DNA of 64,000 bases from an uncultured Candidatus Binatia bacterium (GTDB lineage Bacteria; Desulfobacterota; Binatia; Bin18). Location: positions 1,600,001 through 1,664,000 of the forward strand of contig OZ243961.1 of NCBI GenBank assembly GCA_965214605.1, read 5' to 3'. The notes beneath the pieces were generated by a model that saw only the letters and a list, made by a program, of their open reading frames with translations, was not told the origin of the DNA and made no database searches. Positions 61,358 to 64,000 of the stretch are shown one piece after another. Within the stretch, counting starts at the first letter, position 1, and each line of letters starts with the position of its first letter. Made by a program: the position numbers and the translations under genes.

Positions 61358-62475
61358 GCCCGTCCCTCGTCCGGAATCTCAAACCCGTACAATTCGGCCG
61401 CCGTTCGCCCCAACACCTGGCGTCGCTCGTCATCGCTCAGCGTGCCCATCGTGCGCTCGATAACCTCCCGAGAGCGCGGCCAGGTCCCCTCGTGATGCGG
61501 ATAGTCATCGCCCCACATCAGGTTTCCGACGCCGATCCACTGGTGCGTCTCCAGCCCGATCGGATCATCTTGAAACGTGGCATAGCCCTGGCGGCGGAAG
61601 TACTCGCTGGGCAACATCTCCAGCTTTGGCGCGACCCAAAAGTGGTGCTTCTGATAGCCCTCATCCATGACCCACAGGGTCCACGCCAGCCAGCCGATCC
61701 CGGCTTCAACCGTGGCAAACTTGAGTTGCGGAAAGCGCTGCAAAATACCCGACACACACATCTGGGTTACCGGTTCAATCGCGGTGGACAGCGCGTGCCA
61801 CACATAGTTGAGAATGGCCCCGCCGTTTCCGGTCGCGGTACGTGGATCTTTGCCTGTCCCGACATGAAAACTCACCGGCAGGCCGGCGGCCTGAATCGCC
61901 GCCCACAACGGCTCGTACAGCGGGAGATTATAGGGCTGGTCCGGGACCTGGACCGGCAGAAAGACCACCCGATAGCCGAGCTTGGCTACCCGTTCAACTT
62001 CCTTGACCGCGGTCTCGACGTTCTGGGGAGCAATCGCCGCCACTGGCAGCGAACGCTTTTGGGTGGGCGAAAAGACCTCAATCGCCCAGTCGTTCCACAC
62101 CCGACACATCTCGGTCTGATGGTCCGGGTCCGGCGAGGCCCACATCAATAGGCCCCGGTTGGGATACACGACCTCGGCATCAATGCCGTCCCGATCCAGG
62201 TCGGCGTGGCGTTTGCCCGCCTCCCAGCTCCCGCCTTTGGCGCGTTCCAGATCGTCCCCTTCGAGGTTGAAATCCCGAATCCGAGTCGGCCGCTGGCCCT
62301 CAACAATGAGCGTTTTTCGACCCCTGGCATCCAGTTCCATGCGGGGCAACCGGTGGCGAAACTTGGGCGCAACACGGCGCTCCCACAAATCCGGCGGCTC
62401 CAGTACGTGGCAGTCTGCCGATATCACAAAATACTTTTTAGCAGCTCTCGCATATTCAGAGCCCGCCGACGCCAT
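61354..62475 (-). CDS. Amidohydrolase_2 family protein
   Basis: ISADCH..EP.DLW, SFHVG, VEAGIGW, WGDDYPHHEGTWP. Confidence 0.9.
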   Translation of the reverse strand: MASAGSEYARAAKKYFVISADCHVLEPPDLWERRVAPKFRHRLPRMELDARGRKTLIVEGQRPTRIRDFNLEGDDLERAKGGSWEAGKRHADLDRDGIDAEVVYPNRGLLMWASPDPDHQTEMCRVWNDWAIEVFSPTQKRSLPVAAIAPQNVETAVKEVERVAKLGYRVVFLPVQVPDQPYNLPLYEPLWAAIQAAGLPVSFHVGTGKDPRTATGNGGAILNYVWHALSTAIEPVTQMCVSGILQRFPQLKFATVEAGIGWLAWTLWVMDEGYQKHHFWVAPKLEMLPSEYFRRQGYATFQDDPIGLETHQWIGVGNLMWGDDYPHHEGTWPRSREVIERTMGTLSDDERRQVLGRTAAELYGFEIPDEGRA

Positions 62476-62501
62476 AATCACACCTCCCGCCCTATATCCA
62501 T

Positions 62502-63464
62502 TCACTTAATCGCGTACGCATTAGCCGGCGATCCGACTCCGCCCGGCAAATTGAGCGGCACCGACACCAAAAAGAACGCATACACCCCATCCCGGGCGCA
62601 ATCCCGGGCCAGTTCCTCCAGGTCCCACACCTCACCGATCGGCATCCCCTGCAGGGCGATCAGCCGCCGATGCTGGAAGCCGCCCGTCTCGGCCTTGACC
62701 GGCAGCGCCTCAAGCGCCACGTTATCCGAGGCCATGGCGGCAATCCGATGATCCCACAGCCAGGCCGCGGTCTCCTGCCCGGCATCCAACCCGGGACAGG
62801 CCATGCCCCCCTCGCCCGGATGCAGGGTCCCGCGCAAGGCCTCACGGCCGGCCGCATCCAGCCCGCTGTACCAGGCCAACCAGCCGGTGCGGAGAATCAG
62901 CACATCCCCGGCTTGCAGCGTCACGTTCTCGGCCTCGGCAATCTGCTCCAAAAATGGGCCGTCCATCGCAAACCGTCGGCCAGCGTCCAACGGCGTGCCT
63001 CTCTGTTCCATATAACGGGCCGCATCAAGCAAAACGCCGCGTCCAACAATACCGTGACGGGCCCAGTTCTCAATCCCCAGCTCGCCCTTCTCGTCCAACT
63101 CCTCATCCTGGCGACCACCATAATAGCCGAACTCCCGGTAGCGGATATGACGTAGGCTGTCCCACTGGCTTGAGCCCTGCAGAGCAAAATTATCCACATA
63201 ATCGTCGCGTCCACCCCGGTTGACCTCGATATGGTGCCGATAACCGGTCCGAAACCCACCGTACAGACTAATCGGAAAGTTGAGCGGGAGGCTGAGGTTG
63301 ATCACCCGGCCGGTCCGCACCAGACCGGCCGCCTGTTTGACCCGCTCCGGGGTCAACAGATTGACCGTGCCGAGCTGATCTCCAGGCCCAAATACCTCCC
63401 AGGCCTGACGTTCTCCGGTTTGTCCGACCTGGGGAAGATCGCGGAACAGCGGTATGTTCGCCAT
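62502..63464 (-). CDS. Cyclase/kynurenine formamidase-family metal-dependent hydrolase
   Basis: DQLGTVNLL, QGSSQWDSLRH, GRGVLLD, GDVLILRTGW, GSPANA. Confidence 0.88.
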   Translation of the reverse strand: MANIPLFRDLPQVGQTGERQAWEVFGPGDQLGTVNLLTPERVKQAAGLVRTGRVINLSLPLNFPISLYGGFRTGYRHHIEVNRGGRDDYVDNFALQGSSQWDSLRHIRYREFGYYGGRQDEELDEKGELGIENWARHGIVGRGVLLDAARYMEQRGTPLDAGRRFAMDGPFLEQIAEAENVTLQAGDVLILRTGWLAWYSGLDAAGREALRGTLHPGEGGMACPGLDAGQETAAWLWDHRIAAMASDNVALEALPVKAETGGFQHRRLIALQGMPIGEVWDLEELARDCARDGVYAFFLVSVPLNLPGGVGSPANAYAIK

Positions 63465-63605
63465 AACAGCCTCCTTGGTAGCCCAACAGCCCGCGCTCCT
63501 CATAGCAAAGTCCCGCCCGGACCGCAAAGCGGGGGGGAGGGAAAGGGGGAATGTCAAAAGGCAAATGGAGAGGGAGTCCCTTCACGGCTGCGCCCGATCT
63601 TAGCG

Positions 63606-63634
63606 TTGCGGCAAGCAGTGCTTTTGCCTATGAT
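63606..63634 (+). promoter_or_regulatory. Putative promoter of the CoA-transferase gene (near-leaderless)
   Basis: TTGCGG-17 nt-TATGAT, 9 nt before the ATG at 63644; no Shine-Dalgarno. Confidence 0.5.
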
Positions 63635-63643
63635 GCCCCTTAT

Positions 63644-64000
63644 ATGCACCCGAAACTCCAGTCCCTCGACGAAGCGGCAGCCGGAGTGCGGCCGGGGTCC
63701 CTGCTCGGCATGACATCGGCCGTGCTCGACAACGCTCCCATGGCTTTTTTGCGAGCGCTGGTCAAACGCGGGGTCGACCGCCTTGGGCTTGTGACTCTGA
63801 CCGGCGGCGGACTCAACGCCGATCTGCTGATCGGTGCCGGAGTAGTGGACAGCTACGAAACCTGCTCCTGTACCCTCGGTCCCTACGGCCCGGCTCCCAA
63901 CTTCCAACGCGCCGTGCAGGCGGGCTTGATCAAAATGAAGGATAGTACTTGAGGGGTGCTGTACAGCATGGTCCAGGCTGGATCAATGGGGGTGCCCTTT
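63644..64000 (+). CDS. Family I CoA-transferase subunit A (GctA-like), 5' part, with in-frame TGA at 63950-63952
   Basis: PMAFLRALV, GLNADLLIGAG, GPAPNFQRAV; reading through TGA continues as GVLYSMVQAGSMGVPF, which matches the family's AG..GVPF segment. Confidence 0.82.

Overview
Bacterial chromosomal window, read by eye with no database searches. Gene content suggests a Deltaproteobacteria-like, probably Binatia/Binatota-type organism, which is an inference. 1-14.8 kb is housekeeping: rplJ(partial)-rplA-rplK-nusG-secE-tuf, rlmB, lptFG, rpsI-rplM, lon-clpX-clpP-tig and 12 tRNA genes. 14.8-31 kb is one minus-strand run. It holds an 11-subunit complex I-like operon (nuoABCDHIJKLMN, no nuoEFG), preceded by mrp-DUF971-mrp-ferredoxin-FNR-iscU, a second nuoB and an Rrf2 regulator. 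Two near-identical promoter/operator elements lie in this run. 31-64 kb is accessory catabolism: ring-cleavage dioxygenases, luciferase-like monooxygenases, amidohydrolases, a lanthanide-type XoxF with a fused XoxJ-cytochrome c partner, and a CoA-transferase at the right edge whose in-frame TGA looks like selenocysteine. No CRISPR array, transposase, integrase or rRNA was seen. Best leads: the Rrf2-controlled Fe-S assembly plus headless complex I locus, and the candidate seleno-CoA-transferase.
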